Shown piece after piece: positions 25,726-39,600 of a DNA stretch of 64,000 bases. The DNA is from Raillietiella orientalis (lineage: Eukaryota). The DNA is taken from contig JAYWIR010000012.1 in NCBI GenBank assembly GCA_036172245.1, forward strand, positions 2,604,001-2,668,000, written 5' to 3'. Each line of letters begins with the position of its first letter. The first letter of the stretch is position 1. Made by a program: the position numbers and the translations under genes. The notes under the pieces were generated by a model. That model saw nothing but the letters and a program-made list of their open reading frames with translations. It ran no database searches and was not told the origin of the DNA.

Positions 25726-26047
25726 CCCACCGAGGGGAGGGACGGTTCCAATTCCAGAACCGGAGAGGAAAAACTTCGAAGATGTCCGTTGGATGTCCTG
25801 GAAGGACCCCGGAGGGCCAAATTCCAATTCTGCTAACGATTTTTCTGCTCTCATCCGTTTTTCCGGCTTCAACCAGTGCCGCCGCACCCCAAGCCTTTAA
25901 GGCCAACCAGCGCCATGCTGCGGGTGGGAGGTCTGAAAACCCGCGACGCACCCCCTGTTTTCGGGGACAATCCTTCCCCGGACGGGATTCGAACCCGCAA
26001 CGCCTGGTGCCTCGCGCGGAGGCCGCAGCCATGCGGACCGCTGACGC
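25726..26047 (-). mobile_element. SINE-like element, 5' half of an interrupted copy
   Basis: Minus-strand GCGGGTTCGAATCCCGTCCGG head; alignment stops at GTCCCTCCCCTCGGTGGG. Confidence 0.72.
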
Positions 26048-26299
26048 GGGCGAAAAACTTCCTTCGGCACTCAAGTCAGCGCGGACCAACGATCGAAAGG
26101 AAGCTGCGACAATCTCCGCGCGCAGGGAGGAAGCCGGGGAAAAGCAGGGGCGGGAATGTCTGGGCGTCTCCAAAGACTTCACGGTGCGCTCTACCAGAAA
26201 GAGGCGCTGCTCCGACACCCGACAACTCCAACACTCCCGAGAGCGCTGGCTGCTAATCTGCGATGCGGTGGATCAACGCGAAGGGATCTGTACGGAGAG

Positions 26300-26900
26300 T
26301 CACTAGAAACGAGCTCTCCAGTAATCTCGAGATAATATGCATCTTGTAACAAAACACACGTTACCTCGAGATATCAGCAGATCGCGAAATTGCATCCTCA
26401 GGCGGAAGCGGTCGATGAATGCCGCTGTTACAAGAACGAAAACGCAGGTGGCTGTCGGCGCACCTTCACGGAGCAGCATTGCGCGTGTTCCGAGCCACTC
26501 AGCTCGAAAGCAACGCGCAGCAAGCACACAGCAGCTTCGTCCAAGTGCGGTTTCGGGCGAAATGTGCACCTGGACGCAGGATCTGGGACGTGCTTGGCCT
26601 CTGCGGTTGTCCAAGGAGCCCAGCGCTTCCGGACACCGCTGCCAGCGTTCGCGGACCAAAACCGGCGAACCATTCGAACGGAGGAGGATCGCTTCCCAGC
26701 CGATCGCAAGCCGCCTGATCCTTCTTCTCAAAACATCGTCGGCACGCTCCACCTCCGCTGAGGCTGCGAGCATGAGGATCAGATAGCAACGCATCCAGTA
26801 ATCAAAAGGAGGCAACCCGAGGCCTGTCCTGAGCGCTGCTGCCAGAATGGTGTTCCGCTTCTCCTGCTGGTCCAGCTTTCCTCCCTTCTCGGTTACCAAG
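26300..26900 (-). pseudogene. possible decayed L1/Tx1-like post-RT region
   Basis: KRNTILAAALRTGLGLPPFDYW resembles GGLGLPxF. Confidence 0.3.
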
Positions 26901-29699
26901 AGGCACCCCTATAAAAGGGCGTGGCACGTTCCGAGCAGGGCTCGAACACGGGGAGGTCGCGGCGGCGCCCGCACGCGGCGGCATCTGGAAATCGGAATCC
27001 GCCAGCGGGGAATCGACTGCTCCGAAGCGCAGCGTACCCGCGTGGAATCCCAAGAGCGTCCCGCGCGGCGCGGCTCTACGCGCTCGATGCCGGGCTGCGC
27101 TCTTGCAGGAGATGGGGCCAGAGGATCCAGGAGGCGAACGCCGCATCGACGATGCGACGACCACTCGAAACGCTTTCGATGCGGAAGGCGCACGGGCGCA
27201 GGCAGCCGGACGCAGCAAGGAGAATCGAGGCGGGCGGCTCAGAACGGATGCACGAGAGAGAGCGCCCTTTGCGCACGGCGCGAGCCGAAGGACACGTTCC
27301 GACAAACGGCTGCACGCGAGCCCTCAACCGGCGAAGAGGAGTGCCAATCACGCGGCGGCGAGAGATAATCCGTTTTATCCGAAAAATTCAAGAAGACTTT
27401 CTCGAGAACAAGCCAGCTCTGTGTGCGCGAGGACTGGCGGCTAATTGGCAAATTCATCATGCGCTGACTGGCAAACAACACGCCAACCTCCAGGCACAGT
27501 TGTTGCTCGGGAAAACATCCTCGCGCGAAGCTCGAGCAGAATGTCCGTGGAACCGACCCGAACCATGCACGGGATAACTATTGACCAGCACAGACGTGCC
27601 GCAGGACCAGGAGGAAACACCTCCTCCCTGCCTGCGAACACCGGCACGCTGCGCATCGAAAGCGGTGCCAGGGGGCGACTGCTATCCGTCTCGGACTCTT
27701 CCGTGGCTGCAGGGACGGCAACCGCCTCTTTTTTTTCTTTTCTTTTTTTTTTCCTCGCCAGCGAGTCGCCTGCTTTTCTTCCGGCTCCACAGCAGCTGCT
27801 CTCTCGACGCCAACCACTCGATGACGCCGTGCCGTTCCGCGAGGTCCCGAAAGTTTCCGTGGCTCGCCTCCTCCTCCCCTTCCTCGGGAACGGGCAGTCG
27901 GATTCACCGCTCGACCCTCTGCCACAGGTCCCTTCCGGCAACACACCTACACTCGCGTAGGTCGCGCCTCTCCGCAGCCCCGGAGCGCGCAACACTTCCA
28001 GCGACGGGTGGATCCTTCACGTGTGCTCGAACCTTACCCGGAGCGTCCGCCGCCCATTGAGCAGACGCGTGGTGAAAATTTTCCCAAGGAGCTCGAGAGA
28101 AAGAACGTGAGGAAGAAGATAGGAACACCACTGGGGTGGGTGGGGTGGGGGTGGGGGTGGGGACCCTAGAAAGACACACACCGTGAGCCTCCCTGTCTGC
28201 CTCTCCGACACGGAGAGTGCACGCTGCAGACTGAAAACGCATTTTTCGCGAGAAAGGAAAGCGCAACATTGCTAGGCGACCCTTGCCGAACGCTGCAACT
28301 GCTGCTGAACCTCTCTGGCTGCAGACTTGCGAGGCGCTCCATTACTCGCTCTACAAACAAGGCATACCAAATCGAAGTTCATTACCAGCCAAAGCGACCG
28401 GAGCGAAAATCTCGATAACAGCTGTCGGCAGAACTTAAGATGCGATGACACACACGGCGGATGTACAGCTCAGATTCACGCACTCGCTCCTGCTCCGTTC
28501 TCGCTTTGCTCTTTTTTCTCTTTATGAATCAAAACAAATCTCCAAGATGTGTGTTTATTCGGTTTACGCCGCCCTCATAAAATTAACGACCGGAGTGCAA
28601 GCACGAACCTACAATAGCGGTAGTGATAATAATTATTATAATAACAGTAATGCGTTGTTCGACATCAGATGCGACGTACGATATTCATGACATGTGTCAA
28701 AAAAAAAAAGGGGGGGGGGAGACATATCAGACCTCCATCAGAGCCATATAAAACATAGTGGCTATCGAAACAACGGCCTGAAAGAACTGCATTCAGCTGC
28801 TGCACGTCTACGATCACAAGGCGTGTCGTAATCGCTGATGAACTGATCGCAGTTGCTGATATCGGCGTTTCAGCATGGCTGGGTAGAGCTGATTAAAAGG
28901 AACAATAACTAGGCAGCAGGAAGGGCCCCCCCCCCCCTAACGGAAAAGCCGACAGCCGACCTAGCGATGGAGTGGCGTCATTTATCTTGGAGCGACAATT
29001 AGCAAGCATCCTTTGCCACTTATCCATTCATCATAGTAACGGGTAGCAGCAGGGTATCAATTTTAATAAAGCCGTGTTTTCCATTTGGAGCGCAGGAATC
29101 TCGAAATCTCGAAACGGCAAATTGAGTTATGAACGCAGATGATAAAACCTGGAAAACGAGATCTTTCCGGGACGCCGCGCGCAGCCCGGACGACCGGGAT
29201 GGAGGAGGAAGGCGCGTAGGTGAACGCCGCGAATGCCACACGCCGCCACCACGAGAGGCCATAAAAGGAAAAGAAACGCTGCGATCTCGTTCGGCACGAC
29301 CTCATCTTCTTGCAAGGGGATTCCCCCAAGTGGCTTCTTCTGGATCCTCGCAGGCATCGACAGGCTGAAATGTGCTTCCTCCCCGCGTCCGTGGAACTCC
29401 GCACAGCGCCCAACCTGGGCATCAGGGACCCAAGTGTATCCAGCCGTTCCTTTCCACCTAAAAGACTGCACCCGTACAGGTTCCGTACAGCAGGAAGATA
29501 TTCGCTGTGTGGGGGGGGGGGGGGGGGCAAAAAAAACTCCTCCTCCTCCGACGATCAGGGCTGTGTGTGTTGACAAATCCTCTTTTCCGCTGCTTGGGTT
29601 GTGGTTCGCATTAAGCTCAGGGTGCCCCTTGTCCTTAGAGCCAAGTACATCCATCCGCACGCCAGTATCCGTGCAAACCGATAAGTACATACGACGTAC

Positions 29700-29740
29700 G
29701 TGTGTATATGCGTGCGTGCGTGTGTGTGTGTGTGTGTGTG
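29700..29740 (+). repeat. (GCGT)n/(GT)n microsatellite
   Basis: Directly visible in the sequence. Confidence 0.85.
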
Positions 29741-30101
29741 CTTTTTTCCTCCCTGTTCTCGCTGGCAATCGAGCATGTATCCAAACTTATCTGATCGCGC
29801 ACAAAAATGCGGCACGACCTGTGTAACCGATCGCTGTTCGTTCGAAAAATCACGAAACGCCAGATCGGGACCGATAACGGCGTCGAGTGGTCCACGCGGC
29901 CTGCTGAGGATGCATCCAGCCTTTCGGCTGACTTCCCCCCCCTCTTCTCTGCATAATCTGCGTGATGTGGGCCGTCACGTTACCCGCAGCCTCCTCCTCG
30001 GCGCTTCTGTCGGGACCGCACACGGCCACGTGGACGACACCGCAGGTGGTGTTTTGCAGCGGCATTCGTGCAGCGCGCGGCCTGGAAACTTCCCGAATCT
30101 T

Positions 30102-30147
30102 CCCCCCCCCCCCCCTCCCCTCCCACCACCACCACCACCACCACCAC
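30102..30147 (+). repeat. poly-C followed by (CCA)n microsatellite
   Basis: Directly visible in the sequence. Confidence 0.85.
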
Positions 30148-30541
30148 GTTTCCCTGGAAGACACGTCGCCCCTGCAGCGCCCACGGGACTTGTTTACGTT
30201 TCCATTTCAATTGGCTGCAGTGCTCTCCGCAGGTGATGGGTTCGGCGCGCGGTTAGCATTCGTGCAGGGAAACGAGCGACTACACGAACACGGAACACTT
30301 GTCCCCACGCATCGGAAACTGAACTTGAGATCAGGATCGCCGAAGAGCCTCCCAATACGTGGTCGCATTCCTGATGGCTTTCTAAAGTTGGTTTCCGCGC
30401 CCTTTCGAAAATCGGACAGTGTGATGGTATCCACGTGCGTGTGTGTCATGGGAAGCCGTGGAAAACACACACACACACATACGTAAATAAAATTCAAATT
30501 CTAAAAATAACAACACCAAAATCTAGGAAAACATAAGGAAA

Positions 30542-30547
30542 TTTACT
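30542..30547 (-). promoter_or_regulatory. candidate variant poly(A) signal AGTAAA for CNOT1
   Basis: About 35 nt after the stop, followed by a U/GU-rich tract (TTTTGGTGTTGTTATTTTT). No canonical AATAAA seen nearby on the minus strand. Confidence 0.35.
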
Positions 30548-30579
30548 TTCTTTCAACAAGGCAGGTACATCTAAGGGAA

Positions 30580-30643
30580 TTAACTTTCTTGGTCTCTGGG
30601 CACTTTCTGATTCAAACAGGATCTTGCAACAGAATCCAACAGC
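30580..30643 (-). CDS. CNOT1: CNOT1 last coding exon ([20 protein letters not shown])
   Basis: CCCTTAG acceptor, phase 2 completes a Lys codon, TAA at 30582-30580; resembles the NOT1 C-terminal LFxSVAxxC. Confidence 0.9.
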
Positions 30644-33600
30644 CTAAGGGAGGGGAAACAAGAAGAAGAAAAAGAAGAAGAAGAAGGAAAGGAGAAAGAA
30701 AAACTCATTACTCACAGTGATTACTACATGCACGAGCACTTACTTTTCGATTTCGGGCGCACAGCGAACGAATTCATGATCCCAAAACTTGAAACTGGGA
30801 TTTTTCATAAGTTCGATAAAGGTGATCACCAAGCCCCACGGGTGGGGTCTGTTCACAATCAAGCGCTCCAACAGGACTCTGGTTATCTGTTCCTGGATGG
30901 CCTCCGCGTTGGCTTCAGCAAATAAGTACAACAAGGTGCAGCTGAAGTAATGCGTATGACTATTCGGATATCGTAAATGGTTTGCGATGGCGTTCATGAA
31001 TAGGTATCGGCCTTCGGTGTCCAAGTCGACTGCCAGGTTCTGGAAAATGTCCATGTGGGCAGAGTGGGCGATAGTCGAGGTGGAGGGGGTGAGGCCTTTG
31101 GTATTGATGAGGCTGATCGCCTGCGTTCCCACGTACAAGACCAAAGCATTCATGAGGGAGATATTGTAACGGATACCCACTTCACTGCACTGCTGCAACC
31201 TGCTCCGCAAGTCGGACAGAAACGTAACGGGGCTGCGGGTTTTCAAGTAGGAATCGAGTTCTTTCTTGAAGGATGCTGGCTGAATCATCGACGCGAAATT
31301 AGTCATGATACGAGGAGAGTGGGCAATGTCAGGTAGCAAGTCCACTTTTAAGTTAGGAGTGAAGGGATCGGGGAGACGCATCGTTCTTGGGAATGCAGAA
31401 AGAATAAGGTTGCGCATCTGAATACAGTTTGGCGGAATGACATCACAAAGACTATAATGATAATCACACAAGAATTCCGGAAAATCGTGCAGCAACACCA
31501 GGAGAACGCGCAGCGTCCCTTTGTAGAGTACGGCGACCGCTTTGGGGAGTTCGGCGTTCCGTAAAAACGGCGCCATGAAGCAGATCAGATCTGCCAGGAG
31601 CTGTGCGTACATGGACCAGCTCTTGTGCTGGGGAGGCAACGCCAGCATACGGTAGATGAACACACGGTGTGATACAATTTCGAGCCAGGCATACGCAAAT
31701 CGGGGTACTTTGGCCGGGCAGAGGATGTGCAGCGTGTTGCAGAAAGCAGTCAGCACTTGAGAAGTAATGGTCTCGAATATTACGTCTGGTGCGTTCAGTT
31801 CGAGGAACAGCATGATGAACAGACGCTGATACGGCATCTGGTGAAAGTCGGTGCCACGCAACTCGTGGTCTTGGAGGAGAACACCGGCCATGATACCCAG
31901 CACTTTGTTCAACAGATTGACTCGGGTCAGATTGTTGTTATCGCCTGAGTGCTTGATGAGAAGCACCACAAGACGGACAAATGGATCTAGATTACTGTAA
32001 CACTTGGCACGTATGACGGACTGTGAACTGCTCTGATCGGAGAGCAGTCGGACACAGGATTCGACACACATCTGGATGCAAAGACGGAAAAAGCACGAAA
32101 TGAGCTCGTCGGTCTTTAGAATGCCCTGCATGTTCAGCTAAAACAGAAAAAATAAAAAATAAAAATAAACACACACACACACACACACAAAACACATAAT
32201 GACCAATGGAAGGTGGCACTATATCATACCTGGTGCACAAACAACGTGAACATCTTGTTGGGATCACGAGCTGCGGATGGGCTGTGGAACATTCGAATCC
32301 ATTCCTGCATGAGGAATTCGACTTTGTCTTGCAGACCGGAAGGATCCTCCAGTTCCCGACTCTGTGTAATGCCAGAATAAATGTGGGATGTAGGGCCATT
32401 TGCTATACGATCTAGGCCACCCGATGAATTGCCAGATAAGAATTCCAGCAAACTTGGCAGGCCATCAGGAGCATGACGAGACTGTAGATTAATACGATGA
32501 AGAACATCCAGAGTGTTGACAAGATCCACTTCGGTAATAAGACCACTGGTACGCTCATCCACCAAATACATGCGCACTAAATGCATGGCAAATGCTGTAG
32601 CCATGTAATTCAAGCCATTTTCAATGAGAGGAGCGAGGTGAGCATCATACTGCTGCATGTTAACCAATCCCAGTCGCACAAGACAGTCGATTGCTTCGAT
32701 GTTGTATTTATGCTCTCCTTCGCAATCTATCAGAGTTCTAGTGACGTACTTATTGACAACTTGGGGTCCATATGCACGTGGATCTTGAAGAATCTTAAGC
32801 ACTAGTAAATGTGCATCACGGAAACGATTCATGGACTCGGGATCACTCGACAGGTGAGAGAGGTCTTCGAGAAGACTCTCCACAACTTTCTGGATGAGAA
32901 GACCAACAGGAATAAGTCCGGGAGTGCGAGCCATCATCACAGTTTCCAATAAGCTATTCAGAGCGATCATGTGGGGATTTGCACCCGAGGATGTCATCAT
33001 ACTTTGCAAATAGTGTTCCAGCTCAGTTATAATTTTGTCGAAGATCTGTGTCTGCTCGTCGACACCATACATTTGCTCAGATTTCTCTGATGGCCGAGTG
33101 GTGACAGCTTTGCTGCTGCCAACAGGGATAGGCTTCATTGGGAACGAAATGGTATCTCTCTCGGTAGTTGGTAAAAAACCAGGTATGTTGCGAGCAAATT
33201 CTTCGTAAACGGCCGCTTGCTGTGAAGTCACACCACCTACTTTCAGCCGAATCTGTTCTGGCATACGCTCGGCCTGGTAAGTAAGGACACCAGGGTCGCA
33301 GTAGCGACGGCCCTCGGCTCGAGCCATTTTTCGCACTTCATAGTCATTAGACAAACGTTTATCGATCTCCGGCACAGCTTTTTCCATGGCAGTTTTTTGA
33401 ATAAAACAACAACACAACTCTACATTATCTTGAGCTACAGCAGAAGATACTTGTTCCAGCATCTCTTTCTGCTGAGACGTCATTCCACGCATGGCGGCAG
33501 AAAAGGCCGTTTTCAGATAGTTGGTTAAGGACAATAGTAAATGATCTCTGCACGTTATCATTGTCATGCCTGCAGTTAAGTGGCGAACCATATGATGGGC

Positions 33601-36600
33601 CGCCACTCTCAGATGCATTTCGTCAGGATCAAGAGCAAAATCTTTCCGTACAATTGCTTCTGTACTGAAAAGTGCAACCTTCACAGATCGTTCTACTACA
33701 GGGGATATCCAGTCAGATACAGCACGTTCAACAGCTGGACGAATCAGCTGTTTCAACTGAGGATATGTCTGGAAGAGGGGAAGTTGGGAATTAATGTGAA
33801 TATGAGGAGCTAAACTGGATAAGTTGACGCTGATATCATGAAAACTAAATCTGGGTTCAACAGGGACGGCAGAAATGCTTGCTGGTGATAAAGACGATGT
33901 TGTCATCATTGAGACTGGTGGGGTAACGGAAGTTGAAACCTCCATGGCAGAAGTGCTGTAGGTTGGCTTCGAATAAACAGGGTCCACCTTAGTAGTACTG
34001 GTGGATAATTGGTGCTCAAGACGAGCATACATATCCAGATCGTGGAGGCTGTTGGTTGGCTTTAAATCTGATAATGCCATTCCAAGATTTTTGACGAGCA
34101 CTTCAATCTCAAATTTCAAATTGAGTTTAAGGTCGGGTTCTTGGTGCAATTCAGCAAGCAAATTAAGAATGGCTAACGTCCACGGATTTGGAGGCTTAAA
34201 GATTTTGCTCTTGGCACATACTTCAAGAACTTTGGCCACAAAAGGAACAACATAATGAAGCTCCTGCAAACCCTTGTTGTATGCTTCAACTATTAGAGCT
34301 TTCAGATCAAGATCCCTCTGTAATATTGGCTGGTTTTTTGCCAGAGTAAGCGTACCCAACCAATGACCTAGATTTTTCAGCAAAGAACGATCTGAGAAAT
34401 TATCTATGCCTTTGTTGCTACGCAGTAGAACACGAATATTGCGATACGTCTCTCGGATTACCATGTTGTTGAATTCTGTATGGCGTAGTGTTTCCAGTAA
34501 ATTGGCGTACAAGGTATGAAAATTAGGTTCAATGGAGGCCCTTTTCATTACCAAATACTGAGATACCCAAGGCCAATATTTATCGCCTACCATTTCCAAA
34601 AGTTCCTCGCACTGGAAGAAATTTTATTCACATATTAAAAAAAAAACATTTTTAGTTACCTTGCTGGACAGATTCACCTGACTAAGATTGTTAAAAATAA
34701 ACCAAATTTTGTCTTGAATAGCATCTGGAGGAACAAGTACTTTTTCTTCCTTTTCTGTGGCTACTAAAAGAGTGTCAATATTGGTAGCATTTGCAATAGA
34801 AGGCTAGATGTGACTTAGGCAAAGTGCATTAAATGGTCCCATCTTACCACAATGGGTGCAACCTGTGTCAAAGAAGATGAAGGTTTGCTTGAAACCACAG
34901 TAGAAGTGGTGGTGGTCATAATGGTATTAGTAACAGACTTTCCAACTGATGCCGAACTGACGGTAACCGTGCTGGAAACCGATGTAGAAACAGATGTCTT
35001 GACAGGCTCCATTTGGCGTGACCCATATTCAACATACTGTAATAGAAGAGGAAACATTTTTTTATTTCACCAAAGAAATTTTTTACCTCAATAATATGAG
35101 GAGGAAACTCATTAAAATGAGGAATCGACGCAAGATGTGTGCAATATTGAGAATAATCCTTTAGACGTGTCTTGAATCGATCTAGCGCTGTTATGCCAAA
35201 ACAGGACATTTTAGTGCTGTATGGCTTTTTGAGGGCCTCTAGTACACAACGAAGTGCAATACCAAGAGCCATATATCTAAGCACATACTGATACAATCTG
35301 TCCATAAATGAGCTTGAACTTACGAGACTAGTCCTTGCTCGATGATTCCTCCAAACAACTGAGCTGTTATCTGCAATTCCTTATCAGGATATTGAGGAAA
35401 GAAGCGATACTCTTCCAACAAATTACGAAGCATACAATTGAACACATCCTAAATCAAGCAGTGTAATCAGCACAAAACAGTTCAGCTCTTACTCTATCTT
35501 TTTTATTGGGAGATTCGTGAAATCGTTTCAACATTTCCAGTACTTCATCTATGGACATAGTTGGATTAGGAGGATGGTTGTAGATTTGTTGAAAATAACG
35601 ATTTGCCTCGTCTTCAACTTCTTTTGAAATATTGCTACTCATTTCAGGAAAAATATTTAGGAATTCTCCTTGGCGGCTACCAGACAAAGACGGAGTACTT
35701 GAACTATGACTCAAAGATGTTATAGGTTGCTGTGTTCCTAATCCTACGAAAACTTGCATATTCCAGCAACACATTTACTCACCTATAGTGTTCTGAAGAC
35801 GCGAGAATTCCAAATTACCTAGCGTTTGCGATGGAAGCGTTGAAGGACCCTTATAAAAGAGTCGCTGTGGTGAAACTGGTGCTGTGCTGAATTGACTCAG
35901 AGCTGTAGGCAAACTGAAAACGGAGCTGGATCCTATATTCATGTTGTTAGTGGCCAAATTCAATCCGGCCATATTAGTATTTAAGTTGGAAATGGTTTCT
36001 GATTGAGAAACTGCAAACAAGGATCTCTCCAAAACAGATGGAGCAAAGCTGGTATCAAGTTTCTGATTTCTCACAATCCCTTGCTGTGAAGCTCGATTTC
36101 GTGATAAAAATATGTTGCAGCTATTAAGTAATCCAATTATAGTCTCCGAAAGATCTTGTGAAACGTTCCTACAACCATTTGATGAAATTTTTTCACAAAA
36201 ACTTACTTACCCTACACAATTCTGCAAACATGCGAGTAAAGTGGCCAAGGTTTCGGTGGGAAGAGGAAGAGATTTTGTTGTAACATCCTCTTTGAGTAAC
36301 CCACCAGTAAGCTGAGGGCATCGTCGCTAAAGATACAAATACATCAATACGTAGGAAATTAATTTTGAAAGAAAAGTCAGTTTCTTATGGGCAATTGTAG
36401 ATTTTCAGGTATTTAATTCCTACAGCTCGCGTTTCTGCCATTATAAATACAAATATTTGGATTGTATTTCCAAGAATCACCCATACACACAATGAGAAAT
36501 TTTCTCCCATTAATTGCTATGCAGGTAATCCAGAAAAGTTCGACACCACACTTCAAAAATTTCCTACTTGTAAAACTACGGATGTTCACTAAAAAAAATG

Positions 36601-39600
36601 AAACTGCAGGAAAAAAGTTGATAGAAACCATTTAAATCTTGAAAAGTTGAACCCAAGACGATTTTAAATGATTTGAAAAAAAAGCTTTCCTCCAGGTGCA
36701 AACGGATTTTGAAATACTCAGAAATTGTGGATTTTTCTAACTTCACGAAAACCACTCAGTTTCGTTGAATACTTTCGAAGTGCAAGCATTAACTATGGAA
36801 GTTCGGTTTATAATACTTGACATGGTGTTCATAAATTCAGCATTCAAATTTCATACAATGCGCATATTTTTAAAAGAGAATGATACAGTGAAAGTAAATC
36901 AAAAGAGTATGCAATACAGTCACATGTAGTGAAATAATAATGAATCGGTTTTCCTCGTATCATTCAAATGTTTATCAACGTTTTGAAAAAATCTGAATAA
37001 AGCATAAAATGAAAAATTTTTCAATCTTCAATGCTAGTTGATTTCTAAATTCAGTAACATCTATCTAATGAAAACAGTAACTTAACCAGATTACCAATGC
37101 TAAATCACAAAACTACACATCCAGATTTATAGCTGCAAGAATCAAAAGAAAAAAAAAAAAAGAAACAACATAAAATATGATGACATACAAGGTTTATGCT
37201 TGTTTTAAATAGTAAAAAAAAAGGGGGGGGTTTCTCACAAGATCTACTGATATGAAGTTGAACTAAAAAACAAAACAAAAAAAGAATACAAAAAAACCAA
37301 TGGTTGATAAAATGCACACTTTGATAAGAGTTCCATGTGAATTAAAACAATTATGGAGCGTAGTACGTGTTTCGATCTTAAATGGAATCCAGATCTTAAT
37401 ACTTTGACTTTTTAATAAATGCCATTAAACCAGTACAAGTTATTGAGAAAACTGCTTGGGACAACATTTAATCCATCACTCAAATCTATGCTTCTTATCA
37501 TATTTCAAAAATACATGATAAAGACTAATGTAGTAGGAAAAAAATTGAAGATAAAATTAAAGTTATCTTTCAAATCAAGTAAAGCATACTTTCTTCTGGT
37601 GGATACCACATACAAAAGCTGTAGCTTAAAGAGAATGGAAAAACCATGAAATTCCCTGTAATGAAACCAAACAGAAATGAATTTTCACTGTTTTTAGTGT
37701 CTAGTAAATAGCGACTCCAAAAGATCTCAATGCTTAATTAGAAAAATAAGACACAACTGACAATGAACATTCCACTTTCATTCAAACTAGTACGAGGATA
37801 TAATTAAATCTCAAAAGTTTTTGAGTCACAAAATATAAGCTCACCTGTAAGAATTTGATTAGAGCTGATATAAATGGCTGTCCATGCTCCACTACTTTGT
37901 CATTTAACCATTTTTCCAACTTCAAGTATTCTCTTCTAGAAGCTAAACATGCCAGATCAATAATAAAATGAAAGTGATGTGGACTACAAGTATTTAAAAC
38001 CAAGGACAGAGCCTTAAAATCCTGAGCAATATCTAGTATGCGAGACAGGCGCTGCTGATCATCTTCTGCCAGATGATACCAATTAGCCATGGCTTTTAAC
38101 ATGATATCTTGCATAGGCTGCTACAGCCAAAAATGGTCATTGATTTTCCTATCACATTCCTTACCTGATGATTCCAAACACAGTATAAAATAATACTGGA
38201 ATTCACATTATTGGCCAAAAATAGAGGAATAAGGTTTTTTAAAAGCTCTTGTCTAGTGAGGTCATATCTGATACGATTCTGAAACACATGTCGAAAAGAA
38301 TGTTAACTTGGGCACTTGCTGTGACACAAGACTTGACATACATTTTGCATCAACTCAGCATTCTTTGACAAAGATTCCTTTAATTTTTTTATAACTTCAA
38401 CAATAAATAAAGAGAATTTTTGAAGCAATACAAATGTCAACTACTACAGTACATTAAACATCTAATGTTATCACATTAAATACAATTCTACCTCTAAGTA
38501 AATTCACTAAAAGGTACATGAAACTATAACATGTGAGTGTGCATGCATACAGTGACTGTAACAGTAACAGAGACCAATGCCAAGTGGTGGTATAAGTCCC
38601 TCTGATGTTTTATAAGTGCTGGGAACAAATCAGTAGAGTTAATACACAGAAAACTACAAATCACAATTACCAGAACAGGAATAACAAAAAGAAAACGATT
38701 CCTATAAATGCATAATTTCCATGCTTTATCAAAACGTGAAAAAAGATATAATGATAAATATGAATACATGTTAAATTACGATGTTAAAAGGAACTACAAT
38801 AAACATCAGTAATGAGAGTGTTTGGGATTAGATACAGCAAACAAATTCCAAACTCAACATCTTATCAAAAACACCAATAAAATAATTTTCATTAAAAACG
38901 CTTGTCAATATGAGGATCTGATTTTATGATTCAGTGCAGTGTCCTGACTTTCACCCTGATAGGAATTTGTAATGGAGATGAAAACAACAACAATCATGAG
39001 GAAAGACTTGTCGAAATTCAATCAGAAAATACCTGTTTTTCTTTGAAGTTACAAATTTTTTGAAGTATTGCAATCAAATGATTCTTCTCTATTCCACAAA
39101 ATATTAAAATTAACAAAAGGAGCTACATATTTCCATAAATTTTACTGTAATTTAATTCGAGTTCGCACTGGAATACTTTTACGATTCATAAGCATAGCAG
39201 TGAAACTACAATTCAGTTAAAGGTTAATAACTTTACAATACAATTCAAAAGATTTGATTTTGAAATCAATTTTTCAAATAAAAATACTCTATGAATTGTT
39301 TGTTTATAAACTCCCTTTAAAATGTATTTAGAATGTGTTTCCTACTCCTGCAATACAATAAACACACATAATTGTGTCCCATAACTGTTGACATAATCAA
39401 ACTGTTAACTAACATAACTAACATATGCTCTAGAAATTTTGATCACTTACCTCCAATTGTAATAAGCCTAGGATAAGCAATTCAGGACAATTATGTATAG
39501 GAAATTTAAGAAGTTCCTGCACACGACTACGGAAACCAGCCTGAACTAGATATAAAAGTAGCTCAATGAGTTCCAACGATTTCCTAGGTACACAGATTTC

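Noticed and set aside
25975..26047. tRNA gene (also at about 21340-21395 and 61855-61923)
   Set aside because: Only the T-arm/B-box is good. No convincing acceptor or anticodon stems or T-run terminator, and each continues into the same repeat body, so these are SINE heads.
28445..30500. Second protein-coding gene downstream of CNOT1
   Set aside because: Some splice-like sites and ORFs exist, but I found no recognisable protein or consistent exon chain.
30740..34599. ORFs 30740-32131 and 32224-34599 as separate genes
   Set aside because: They are consecutive CNOT1 exons joined in frame by a 92-nt GT-AG intron.
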